Shown here piece after piece: positions 1 through 9,592 of a DNA stretch of 64,000 nucleotides; positions within the stretch are counted from its first letter, which is position 1, and every line of letters starts with the position of its first letter. The stretch spans positions 33,415 through 97,414 of IMG/VR virus record IMGVR_UViG_3300012931_000017, one strand, 5' to 3'. The translations under genes were made by a program, and so were the position numbers. The notes beneath the pieces are model-generated. The model was not told the DNA's origin. It worked only from the letters and a program-made list of their open reading frames with translations, and ran no database searches. This DNA is from a virus.

Positions 1-3000
1 TGTCTGAATGATAAGTTATTACCAAAGAAAGAACTATCAAAATTATATGTTGAATCTGAAGTTAATCTTACAAAACATACTTCATTTACAGCCCAAGCTG
101 TTGCAGTTATACCGGAATCAATTATGTTATTATATAAAAATCCGTGATAATTATCATAATTTGTAGTGGTATAAGTTTCATCGGTGTGTCCTTTATAAAA
201 TTGTGTAGGTGAACTATAACAATTTATTAAAGTATTATTATACATAATTATTTTATAAAAACAATAACTATCGTGGGTAACAGTTGCCGTTATACCAATA
301 GAACAACTATCTAATATATTATTATGTACCTGAGAGAAGTCAGTCTCACAAACTATACCTTCAATATATCCTTTTAAAATATTATTATAAATTTTACTCC
401 CGAAATCTTTAAAATAATCATTAGGATAAGCCAATAAAGAATCACCACCTCTATAATATTGAGCTCCCTTTTCTTTTATGCCAACATAAGAACCACCCAT
501 AAAATAGTTATCATGGATTTTTAAATTTTGTCTCTGGTTTGCATTGTAAGTAAATCCTGAAACAACTGTTGTAGCATATCTATAATCCGAAAACACATTT
601 ATGTCGGGGCAGTTTCCATTAGCATTAGGATCAGATTGGAGACCCCCATTATTTTTAAAAGCACAATAAGCTATTTCAGCATTAGTCCAGTGATATCCTC
701 TAATACCTCCACTATTTTCACTTCCTGCTGATACAGTTGGGTAATTATCGTGTATGTAACAATTAGTAATTTTAAAAGGCCCTTTATTTATTTGGATTCC
801 GGCAGCATAAGCTCCAGCAGCATAAAAAGTATTTCCCGGGGTTCTTGCATTTTTTATTTCTAAAGAATCGATCCACCAGTATGCAATTCTATGTGATGCA
901 ACATCATAGTTACTATTAGAATCTCCTAATACTACGGTTGTTTGTAGTTGTCCATCTAATATAGCCCATTCCCCAGGATATGATTTAACTTTACTATAGT
1001 GTCCTATTACCCAACTTGTACCGTTCTTGGTTCCATCTATGGTTTGATGTCCATAATAAGTTCCACCTCTAACGAAAATAGTATTACCAACAGTTATATC
1101 TTTAAAAGCCGAAGTAATACTTGGGTATCCTTTATCAGTTCCACCCGTACTTAATCTTGTAGTAGGGTCATAGGTAGCTGTATATGCTGATAATACCGAA
1201 TCAACATAAACGGTATCAACAGAAAGAATAGTATCATAAGTAAAAGCTATAGTGTCTGAAATCCAACCAGAAGGAGATACTATAACATTTACAGAACCAG
1301 AAGCATGTATTGGCGTTACAATTCTTATTCTTTTTATATTCTGTGATACAATGATCGGAGAAGTTCCTCCAAAAGAAACATTATTACCAGTTGAATCAAA
1401 TGATCCTATTATATCAACAGTATCCCCTCCACTTACTGATCCAGCATTAGGAACTATGTAATTTATTTTTACTGTATCAGCATTAGAAATTGTTGTTGCA
1501 GTCAACCAAGTAGTGGTATCTGCAACACTTGTAACTCCATTAGAAAGACCATTTGACATAACCCTATAATAATATGTTGTACCAGAATTTAGTCCTGATG
1601 CTGTATACGTAGCAGACTGTCCAGCAACAATAGTATCATCTGAAGCTATAGTAAAAGTACCGGCCGTATCTGTAGCTATCTGAACACGAACTCTAGCGGT
1701 ATCTCCAGTCCACCAAGTATTTTTAACCCAGAAACTATCAGCGTAAAATTTATTATCATGGTGGAAATTAACTGCAAGCGAACAAGGGAAACTAAATGAA
1801 TTCGTGGTTGTGGTTGCTGCAGATGTATTGGATAAATATTTATGGGAACCAAATTCGAAATCAATTTCTGGATGTCGTGCCAGCTGTCTGCGATTAATAA
1901 AAGGGGCTACCACAGTGTCAATAACTAATTTTTTTGCATCGTTAGTTTTTATAATTTTATTTGTGTCAGTTATGAGTGAAAAATTTGCAGTGGTGCTCCA
2001 AGTTACACAATTGTAGGCACTGTCATTATATCCCATGTTACCAATATTAGACGTTGCTGAATTTAGCATTAACCACCCGGAAATGCTATTATCATGGTGC
2101 ATCCAGTTGCTATCAATTGACAATGCGTTAAATCCACTTGGTACAAATCCTGTAGTATTGTTTTTAAATTTATATTGATATATACTATCATATACATTCG
2201 ATGCATGACCGTAGGCCATTACCATTGAACTGCTATTAATCCAAGAGTTTGCGAAAAAACAATTTGACATTTCTGAATAAATCTGACCGTCAATTGTAAT
2301 ATTATGAGGTGTACTATCAAACGTACACCTCGTTATTTTAACATTTTTTATTGATGCTGATAAATTTTCATCTGAAGAGAAAAATTCGTTTGCCACAGTG
2401 CTACCACTGGCATTAATTGCACAGTTTTCAATTGTTATTGAGTCGCCGCGTATACTATTTTCTGCTGCACGAGAATGAAATATAGTGTTTTTAATGGTTG
2501 TACCGGGTCCAGAACCTACTGCCGAGGTATCTAAAAACAGGCATGTGTCAAGTGTATACCCAGATGCGTAAGAACTCGTAGTCCCTAAGATGTTACAGTT
2601 TTTAAATACACATTTAATAAACTCAAAGCCTCGATTAGATGAACCAAAATACGCAATACCTCTACGGTATCCAGTAGATGTATATGCACCTCTGGCAACT
2701 ATACAATTTTTTAACTTGTGTCCTTTGTAACTGCTGCTACTATAAACTAAATATCTATACGTCGTAGGGGTAACAGTACTATCATGCGATAAATAGAAGC
2801 CCTCAACTCGCATCGTGTCAGCAACGGCCTCAATTAAATTATTATCCCCAGCAAACAAAGAGTCTCTGCCAGTTGATGCAGAGCGCAGTAAAACTTTTTT
2901 ACAGCTGATCTTGGTTGTAATAGCTATTTTGTGAGGGCCATTGACCACTGAGATAGTGTCACCTGCAACCGCTGCAGTCATTGCCGCAGCGATAGTCGTG

Positions 3001-3090
3001 TACTGTCCACCTCCGAGAGGATCGACAGTTAAATTAGTTCCAAAACTAAAACTAACTAAAAATAATAAACTTAAAAATAAATTTCTCATG
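1..3090 (-). CDS. Large secreted-looking right-handed beta-helix (pectin-lyase-fold) protein with an FN3-like domain; partial, C-terminus lies beyond the window start. Candidate tail fiber or polysaccharide depolymerase.
   Basis: I translated the minus strand by hand from the ATG at 3088-3090 (GGAG RBS 8 nt upstream, in-frame TGA/TAA just upstream). It reads MRNLFLSLLFLVSFSFGTN... (signal-peptide-like), then 'YTTIAAAMTAAVAGDTISVVNG', the classic N-terminal motif of parallel beta-helix proteins. Many NxxT/S-rich beta-helix-like repeats follow, and a 'GTTYYYRVMSNG' FN3-like strand further in. The ORF track lists no complete minus-strand ORF here, so the frame stays open to position 1. Confidence 0.55.
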
Positions 3091-3101
3091 AGACTCCTTT
3101 A

Positions 3102-3686
3102 TCAAACTTTATAATCAAAATGTTCATTTTTCCAACTCTTAACTATTAAATCCCAACAATGTTTATATTGCAAAAACATTTCTTCGGTATGATTAACATT
3201 AACAATTTCATAATAAAAATTATTATATTCAGGTCTAATAATATCACCAACTTTAGGTTTATAATCATTAATATTTATTGGATATTGACCAGTTCCTCCA
3301 ACAATTTTATTAAAGTGCATTTTATTTATATAAACGTGAAAGGTATCAATTCCTTCTAAACCAAAATTAGAAACTAAAACATCTTCTCTTGGTAGCTCAT
3401 AATAAGACATAACGTTAAAAGCCGAAACTATGGCTCTATCATTATCTTCTCCCCAAATTTTATTATAGGTTGTATCAAAAGTAACTACAAAATAATCAAT
3501 TTTGTTACCATAGATATTATAAGCTTCCATTTGAAGAACTGAATATAATTCTCGTTCATTATCATAAGAACTATCTTTTCTAAAAAAAGAAGTTGGCATA
3601 TAATTATAAGTTTCATAATCAGGAAGAGAATTTGAAACTTCAACAATAAATGGTAAAATTTCAATATTAATATCAAGAACTTCCAT
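3102..3686 (-). CDS. hypothetical protein (194 aa), in an operon with the beta-helix protein
   Basis: ORF track; tight spacing to neighbours on the same strand; no motif recognised. Confidence 0.4.
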   Translation of the reverse strand: MEVLDINIEILPFIVEVSNSLPDYETYNYMPTSFFRKDSSYDNERELYSVLQMEAYNIYGNKIDYFVVTFDTTYNKIWGEDNDRAIVSAFNVMSYYELPREDVLVSNFGLEGIDTFHVYINKMHFNKIVGGTGQYPININDYKPKVGDIIRPEYNNFYYEIVNVNHTEEMFLQYKHCWDLIVKSWKNEHFDYKV

Positions 3687-3697
3687 TTATATAACCT

Positions 3698-4132
3698 TTA
3701 AGAAATTAGATTTAATATTCCTAAACTATTCCACTGAAGAGTGAAATCTCCATTAGTTGAACTTTGAACTCCACTAAAACTTAAATAACAAACTAATGGA
3801 CTATCATTAGCATTAGTTACTAACCTATAAATAACACAACCATCAGAACTTATTGTAGAATTAGACCAAGTTACATCCAAACAATCCCAAATAGCTGTTG
3901 AGCCATTTAACGAAATATCATTAGCTGTTAAAGCAATTCCATTTGCTGTATAACCAGTTCCACTAGTTTCATAAATTTGAGCTGCACTAAAACTAATCAT
4001 ACTTTCAAATGCACTTGTAGCAATAGCACTGGTTCCATTTAAAAGAGAAACATAGAATGTATTCGAGTCCATATCTATATTTCCTTGAAACAAAAGTTTT
4101 TTATAATTTTTCATAACTACTGAGCTAGACAT
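3698..4132 (-). CDS. hypothetical protein (144 aa), Ser/Thr/Asn-rich
   Basis: ORF track; operon context. Confidence 0.4.
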   Translation of the reverse strand: MSSSVVMKNYKKLLFQGNIDMDSNTFYVSLLNGTSAIATSAFESMISFSAAQIYETSGTGYTANGIALTANDISLNGSTAIWDCLDVTWSNSTISSDGCVIYRLVTNANDSPLVCYLSFSGVQSSTNGDFTLQWNSLGILNLIS

Positions 4133-4143
4133 AAGTTCCTCCG

Positions 4144-4500
4144 TTATAATAATCCAGCATGTTTACAATCACTGGATACTGATCTACTAAACATAACATC
4201 ATTAATAGTTTGTTCTTCACCTTTATTATTTATAGAAATAGTTTCATTTACTTTAACAAGTCTTCCTAAATTAGAATGATAAGGTTTTATATTATCAGAA
4301 ACTCCTTCTAATATATTTTTAGCTATATTAATATCCGAAACTACTTCTTTTGACTTTTTAATAACAAGTTTAGGTGGTTCAACTATATTAATTATTTTAT
4401 TTTCTTGTAATTCTGGTTTTTTAAGTGATAAAGAAACTTTATCTTCTTCTAATTTTTTATTAATATAGTCTAAAAAATTTGCCATAATAACTCCATTCAC
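4144..4500 (-). CDS. hypothetical protein (118 aa)
   Basis: ORF track; 4-nt overlap with the upstream gene (translational coupling). Confidence 0.35.
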   Translation of the reverse strand: MNGVIMANFLDYINKKLEEDKVSLSLKKPELQENKIINIVEPPKLVIKKSKEVVSDINIAKNILEGVSDNIKPYHSNLGRLVKVNETISINNKGEEQTINDVMFSRSVSSDCKHAGLL

Positions 4501-5333
4501 ACTAATTTATCAAATTCTGAAACATCAGAATTAAATTCACACTCTATTATTTTTATTTGACTTTCTATTTCTAGTTTTATTTTCTTAACTTCTCTATAGA
4601 CATCTTCGATTATTACACTAAATTCAGATTGTAACTGATCTATTTGATTTAGAACTTGATCTTGAGTAACTACTATACCACTAGACTTTGGATAATTATT
4701 TATAATAGTTTGTTTTATTAGAGCAGTAATTTTCTTTGATCTATTTTGAATATATATAATAAAATCGGATTCTGTTATATTATGAAAACCATTTTCTATA
4801 AATGATCTTTTGAATTCTAATTTAATAATCTTCTCTACAATTTCAAAAAGAAAAAACCAATAATATAACTTTTTTTGAGAAATCTCTTTATCATTTGAAA
4901 AATTTTCAATAATTTCATCAATTTTATAAATAAAGGTTTGGTCATCTTTAAATCTTTCTTTTAAATGAATCAAAAAAATATAAATTTCATCTGAATCTTT
5001 AGTATTCTTAAACTTATCAGCAAAATCTGAAATGAATATTAATATGAGTTCTACTAGTTTTTGTTCTGCATAATCCATTTGTTTCTGAATAATACTTTTA
5101 TAAAGTTTATCCCTATTAGCTTCCATTAGTTTCTTTTTTGAGTCTATTATTTTATAGTATTCAATAACTGAAAATCTATTTTTCTTCTTAAAAATACTCC
5201 AAAAGTTATTATTTTTTATAAACTGAAATATAGTAAAAAATATTCCAATTATAACTATTAACAGTATTCCTTGTGTTCCACTAAGTCCTAATGATTTTAA
5301 CCACTGCACAATTAATCCCAAAATCTCAGCCAT
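4497..5333 (-). CDS. hypothetical membrane-anchored coiled-coil protein (278 aa)
   Basis: N-terminal hydrophobic segment 'GILLIVIIGIFFTIF' followed by long K/E-rich helical sequence. Confidence 0.4.
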   Translation of the reverse strand: MAEILGLIVQWLKSLGLSGTQGILLIVIIGIFFTIFQFIKNNNFWSIFKKKNRFSVIEYYKIIDSKKKLMEANRDKLYKSIIQKQMDYAEQKLVELILIFISDFADKFKNTKDSDEIYIFLIHLKERFKDDQTFIYKIDEIIENFSNDKEISQKKLYYWFFLFEIVEKIIKLEFKRSFIENGFHNITESDFIIYIQNRSKKITALIKQTIINNYPKSSGIVVTQDQVLNQIDQLQSEFSVIIEDVYREVKKIKLEIESQIKIIECEFNSDVSEFDKLV

Positions 5334-5354
5334 TTTTTAATAATCCCCCAAATT

Positions 5355-6866
5355 CTAAGTTGCATTTTCCTGTAGTTCTATATCTGTAATTTGTAGATTA
5401 TGATAATCAAAACCCTGTTTATCATAATATTTTAGTCTTTCTTCAAAATGATCAAACAAATAATTATTTTTTAATCTTCCAGTTCTTAATTTAACTCGTA
5501 AATCATCAACTACATCCCATAAAATCATTTGATCTTTAGACTCATGAGTGCGTAATCCTCGACCAATTGACTGAAGAACCTTTATTTTTGATTTGTATGA
5601 TGAAAAGAACACTACGTTATGTATTTTTTTTATGTTAATTCCGACAGCCATAGTTTGATAAGTTCCAACTAATATCATATTATCTTCTATTTCCATTAGT
5701 TTTCTTAATTCTTCTCTTTTAGTTGCACTTATTTCACCATAAATAACACAAACTTTATACTTATCATCTAAATTATCAATTAAATATTGTTCAATTAGCT
5801 TTAAGTGTTCTATATGTTTGCAAAGAATGAGGGTATTTTCTTTATCATTTATATTACTGAATATGAAGTTTAATATTTTATATCTACCTTTATGACTCTC
5901 TACTAAACGTTCTTCTTCAGGATAAGATCTATTTTTGTATTCATTAATAATTCCTATCGGATATTTATAGAGCAAATTAGCAATGGTTATTTTTGCTAAT
6001 ACACCTTTATCTATTAGTTCCCCTGAAGTAAGTTCAAATATTTTAGGGCCTAAATAACCATAGATGGTAAACATATCAATATCATCATCAGGTAATGTTC
6101 CGGTAAAACCAAATTTATAATAAGCATTTGAACATTTAATCATAATGCTTTTTAAAGATTTTGAATCTAAACTTAACCCATGACACTCATCCATTAAAAC
6201 TGCATTAAATTGAGAAAAAAAATCTTCACCTTTAGTATAAATTGACTGCCAAGTTGAGACTAATATTTTTTTACCAGTTATTTTTTTGCCAGAATATAAA
6301 ATATCAACAAAATCAACAACTTCTTTCCATCCATATTCAGAAAAATCGGAGAACATTTGTTCAACTAGTGATATATTTGGTACAACTAATAAAATATTTC
6401 CTTCAACTTGTTCAATTAGAAACCTAATAATAGAATAAATTATTAGTGATTTTCCGGAACCTGTAGGAGATTCCACAACTCCACGTTTATTATAAAGGGA
6501 ATTTTTTATAGCTTCTATTTGATAATCTCTTGGTTTCAAATCACCAATAAAAATAGAATCGAAGAATATTTGTAAATTATCATCGGTTATTTCTTCATCA
6601 AAGAATTGGGAAATATCAAAGTCAAATTTAAATGGGTAGTTTTTTTCAGTTAAATAATTTACTAATTTTCCAAGTAAACCAATAGGCAGAAGGTGGGTTT
6701 TTATATCAAAAAAAGAGATTCTTCCATCCCAAATTCTAGCTTTAAATCTTGGATGAAATTTATAATTCTTAGCATAGCAACTAAAAATATCTCTAATTTC
6801 ATAAGCATATTCTTTTTCACAATCAACACAAACATAAACTTCATTAATTTTTTCAATATTTATCAC
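5355..6866 (-). CDS. uvsW: UvsW-like SF2 DNA helicase (GTG start)
   Basis: N-terminal 'FHPRFKARIWDGRISFFD' mirrors T4 UvsW 'FNPRFRYGNWDGRIRLLD'. Walker A 'SPTGSGKS', DEAD-box variant 'VLMDECH', 'TGT', and 'QSIGRGLR' motif VI. RBS AGGAGAG upstream of GTG at 6866. Confidence 0.85.
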   Translation of the reverse strand: MINIEKINEVYVCVDCEKEYAYEIRDIFSCYAKNYKFHPRFKARIWDGRISFFDIKTHLLPIGLLGKLVNYLTEKNYPFKFDFDISQFFDEEITDDNLQIFFDSIFIGDLKPRDYQIEAIKNSLYNKRGVVESPTGSGKSLIIYSIIRFLIEQVEGNILLVVPNISLVEQMFSDFSEYGWKEVVDFVDILYSGKKITGKKILVSTWQSIYTKGEDFFSQFNAVLMDECHGLSLDSKSLKSIMIKCSNAYYKFGFTGTLPDDDIDMFTIYGYLGPKIFELTSGELIDKGVLAKITIANLLYKYPIGIINEYKNRSYPEEERLVESHKGRYKILNFIFSNINDKENTLILCKHIEHLKLIEQYLIDNLDDKYKVCVIYGEISATKREELRKLMEIEDNMILVGTYQTMAVGINIKKIHNVVFFSSYKSKIKVLQSIGRGLRTHESKDQMILWDVVDDLRVKLRTGRLKNNYLFDHFEERLKYYDKQGFDYHNLQITDIELQENAT

Positions 6867-6943
6867 AAATAAACTCTCCTGAGTTAGTTTAAACTAAAAA
6901 CCTCAAGATTATTTATCTTATGATAACTTTTTATTCAACTAAT

Positions 6944-7074
6944 TCTTCAACTAATTTAAACCTCTGCAAATCAATGAAACTATCTTAGGCATAGACAAGT
7001 ATACCTTTTCTATTTTTCGCGGATTTGAACTGGTTATTATTAGTTTAAATAGGTTTTAAATATAGATTTGAAAT
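6944..7074. repeat. left arm of a ~130-bp inverted repeat (partner at 8357..8488, about 90% identical)
   Basis: The reverse complement of 6944-7074 aligns base for base to 8357-8488 with a few substitutions. It contains a tRNA T-arm-like 'GGTTCAAATCCGCG' on the complementary strand. Confidence 0.8.
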
Positions 7075-7089
7075 TATATTTGTGGATAA

Positions 7090-7479
7090 TCAAATTGGTG
7101 TCATAGAATCAAGAACTTTTTTAGTATTAAAAACCATAACTATGCCTTTGGAAGATTTCATTGAAATTCTATCACCAGAATCAATAATACCAACTATAGT
7201 CCAGACTTCATTAAATTTTTTGCTTTTAAACTGTTTACCGATAACTATATCAGGATTAGTTTTCGATTTTTTTAAAGTTTGTGCTGGTTCAGCTTGAGGA
7301 GTATCTTCTTTACTTTTCTGGTTTATTGCAGCTAATATCTTTTGTTTTACTTCATCAGTTGGATTATGAGCTTTAAGATAACTTTGTAAATCATCTTTAG
7401 AAGTTTTATTAATCCAAGCATCAGTTGAATCATCTTCGTTTAATTTATAGTTTTGATTATAATCTAAAAAACTTAACAT
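7090..7479 (-). CDS. hypothetical protein (129 aa), in the uvsY.-1 position
   Basis: ORF track; lies immediately downstream of uvsY on the same strand, as uvsY.-1 does in T4. Confidence 0.4.
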   Translation of the reverse strand: MLSFLDYNQNYKLNEDDSTDAWINKTSKDDLQSYLKAHNPTDEVKQKILAAINQKSKEDTPQAEPAQTLKKSKTNPDIVIGKQFKSKKFNEVWTIVGIIDSGDRISMKSSKGIVMVFNTKKVLDSMTPI

Positions 7480-7488
7480 TTGTTTCTC

Positions 7489-7929
7489 CTAAATTCCACC
7501 AATATAAAATTTATCAACCTCTAATTTATTTTTTAAAGACCAATGAAAATCTTTTATATTTATAAGTTGTTGAGCTAAAAACTCAACTTGTCTTCTTTGA
7601 TTCTCTACAACCCTATATTTATTGAGATAATCTTTATTTCCTTCGATATAAGTTGTAATTTCACCTTTAGAATCTAAACTATATTCAAATTCTAAACCAT
7701 CTCCTCTCTTTGGGAATTTATATTTGTGATAAAGTGTTGAGAAAGTTTCTTTTAACATAATTTCAAAATTTATTAGTTTATTCTTTTCAGTATCTAAAAG
7801 ATTTGAGGTTTCTTGTATTAAACCAGGAATCTTATTTAATTTAGTTTGTATATTGAGTTTAGAGGAATCATCTATAACCAATTCCTTCTCGTAATATTCT
7901 TTTAGTTGATCAAAATCTTCATCCTTCAT
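7489..7929 (-). CDS. uvsY: UvsY recombination mediator
   Basis: 'KFPKRGDGLEFEYSLD' matches the T4 UvsY 'YSGRGDGDEFSMD' core. Size 146 aa; adjacent to uvsW as in T4. Confidence 0.7.
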   Translation of the reverse strand: MKDEDFDQLKEYYEKELVIDDSSKLNIQTKLNKIPGLIQETSNLLDTEKNKLINFEIMLKETFSTLYHKYKFPKRGDGLEFEYSLDSKGEITTYIEGNKDYLNKYRVVENQRRQVEFLAQQLINIKDFHWSLKNKLEVDKFYIGGI

Positions 7930-7949
7930 TTATTCACCTTCTTAGAGTT

Positions 7950-7985
7950 TACTTTTAAAATAACATTTTAAAATATAATTGTCAA
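7950..7985 (-). promoter_or_regulatory. copy of the conserved early-promoter element, minus-strand orientation, driving uvsY
   Basis: The reverse complement reads TTGACAATTATATTTTAAAATGTTATTTTAAAAG, about 25 nt upstream of the uvsY start. Confidence 0.6.
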
Positions 7986-8356
7986 ATCATCTTCTAATTT
8001 TTAATCTTCATTGGCACTCTACTATATGTATTCAGATCTTAGATCTTTTCATATAATCCTAAAGGATTATATGTTGCTTAAAGTCTTACACCAAATATTA
8101 GTTAAATTAGTCTTAAAACATCTTATTAGTCTTTATAGTCTTAATAGTTAAATTTATAATCAAAAGACGTAGTCTTTTGTCTTATAGCTTTAGCTATAAG
8201 ATAATTTAATAACCTTTAATTTCTTTATTATAGTATATCATTCAAGAAATCGATAAAAATGCCCGAATTTGGTAAATAATACTTATTCTTTGGGTAATAA
8301 CTAAAATACACTAATTTGGTGATAATTTTATAAGAATATGAGTAGATTTTATTTTA

Positions 8357-8488
8357 CATTTCAAATCTATCTTTAAAACCTATTTAAACTAATAATAACC
8401 AGTTTAAATCAGTGAAAAATAGAAAAGGTATACTCGTCTATGCCTAAAATCGTTTCATTGATTTGTAGAGGTTTAAATTAGTTGAAGA
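8357..8488. repeat. right arm of the ~130-bp inverted repeat
   Basis: See 6944..7074. Confidence 0.8.
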
Positions 8489-8499
8489 TAAAACATCTA

Positions 8500-8604
8500 C
8501 AAATAGGTTTAAATCTTAGGTTCTTGTTCCTAGCGGAACAAGAAGGACTAAAGTCCGCGTTCTAAGGACTAATCTTTGTAGATAATAACTAAATAGTTTT
8601 AAGT
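8500..8604. repeat. repeat unit A1 (57-bp block plus 36-bp block) containing the perfect palindrome TTCTTGTTCC-TAGC-GGAACAAGAA at 8521-8544
   Basis: Near-identical copy at 8919-9022. Confidence 0.85.
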
Positions 8605-8653
8605 TTAATTAGTGGTTTGTGTTTAATTAGTTTATTAGATGAAGATTTTTTAA

Positions 8654-8839
8654 TTTTTACCAAAGAGGATCAAAAATTGAACGGCGCTTTATTTTACGTT
8701 AGTAAAATAAATAATAAGATAATCTTAATACACTTAATAATATTAATAATACTAATAATTATAAGTTTTATTATGAAAAATATCTGCTAAATCTTTTCTA
8801 ATTAATATAATATTTTAAAATATAATTGTCAAGTGGCAT
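8654..8839. repeat. repeat unit B1 (~186 bp) ending in a minus-strand copy of the conserved promoter (TTGACA complement at 8826-8831)
   Basis: About 90% identical copy at 9268-9449. Confidence 0.85.
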
Positions 8840-8918
8840 AATTTACCTTATTTTTATCAAAAATTTGAATCAAATAAGATAACAAAATAGTTCCTAAAAC
8901 CTATCTGGTTATAATATC

Positions 8919-9022
8919 CAAATAGGTTTAAATCTTAGGTTCTTGTTCCTAGCGGAACAAGAAGGACTAAAGTCCAAGCTATATAACTAATCTTTGTAGA
9001 TAATAACCAAATAGTTTTAAGT
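8919..9022. repeat. repeat unit A2 with the same perfect 10-bp-arm palindrome at 8940-8963
   Basis: See 8500..8604. Confidence 0.85.
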
Positions 9023-9267
9023 CCTACCTGATGTAATTAGTTTTATTAACCAAAACTTAGAAAATTTTAAATCCACCATATTATTAGTTTAACTTCAACC
9101 AAAGAAGATTTTACAGGTTCTGGTTCTTAAAGTAACCTTAAGGACTAAAGTCTAATTAAGTTTAGATTTTTGGTTAAATTAATTTTGAATATTTTTGAAG
9201 ATAATAACCAAATAATTTTTTGTTCAGAAAAACGAATTTTTTAATTCTAATTTTTAACGATGTTTTC

Positions 9268-9449
9268 AATTTTTATCAAAAAGGATGGAAATTCAGGATG
9301 GCTCTTTATTTTACGTAGTAAAATAAACAATAAGATAATCTTAATATTACTTTAAAGATTATAATATTATTATTATTTTTTTATGAAAAATACCTTATAA
9401 ATCTTTTCTAATTAATATAATATTTTAAAATATAATTGTCAAGTGGCAT
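9268..9449. repeat. repeat unit B2 ending in a minus-strand promoter copy (TTGACA complement at 9436-9441)
   Basis: See 8654..8839. Confidence 0.85.
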
Positions 9450-9531
9450 TTTATTGAACTAAAAATGCTTAATTTTACTTTACTTTAGGTAATTCGTTTT
9501 GTAAAGTAAACTGATGTTAAAATATGGTGAT

Positions 9532-9566
9532 TTGACAATTATATTTTAAAATGATATCTTATAATA
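9532..9566 (+). promoter_or_regulatory. conserved early-promoter element upstream of gp46
   Basis: TTGACAATTATATTTTAAAATGATATCTTATAAT. It is divergent from the minus-strand copy at 9436-9441. Confidence 0.6.
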
Positions 9567-9592
9567 AACAAGAGAATAATAAAGGAGACCAA

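Noticed and set aside
1252-2016. Three small plus-strand ORFs (1252-1461, 1676-1864 minus, 1804-2016)
   Set aside because: They lie antisense or overlapping within the long minus-strand beta-helix ORF, with low-complexity translations and no RBS. They are spurious.
3159-3676. ORFs 3159-3359 (+) and 3485-3676 (-)
   Set aside because: Embedded in or antisense to the 3102-3686 gene, with I/L/F/N-rich translations typical of random AT-rich frames.
6242-6427. 61-aa plus-strand ORF inside uvsW
   Set aside because: Antisense to a well-supported helicase gene.
7082-7297. 71-aa plus-strand ORF
   Set aside because: Antisense to the uvsY.-1-like gene. It starts inside the inverted-repeat arm and has no RBS.
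8440-9450. Possible CRISPR array suggested by the repeated sequence blocks
   Set aside because: The repeat units are 100-190 bp and are separated by dissimilar stretches of very different lengths. There are no short (about 30-bp) regularly spaced direct repeats and no cas genes. I interpret it as a phage intergenic repeat or promoter region.
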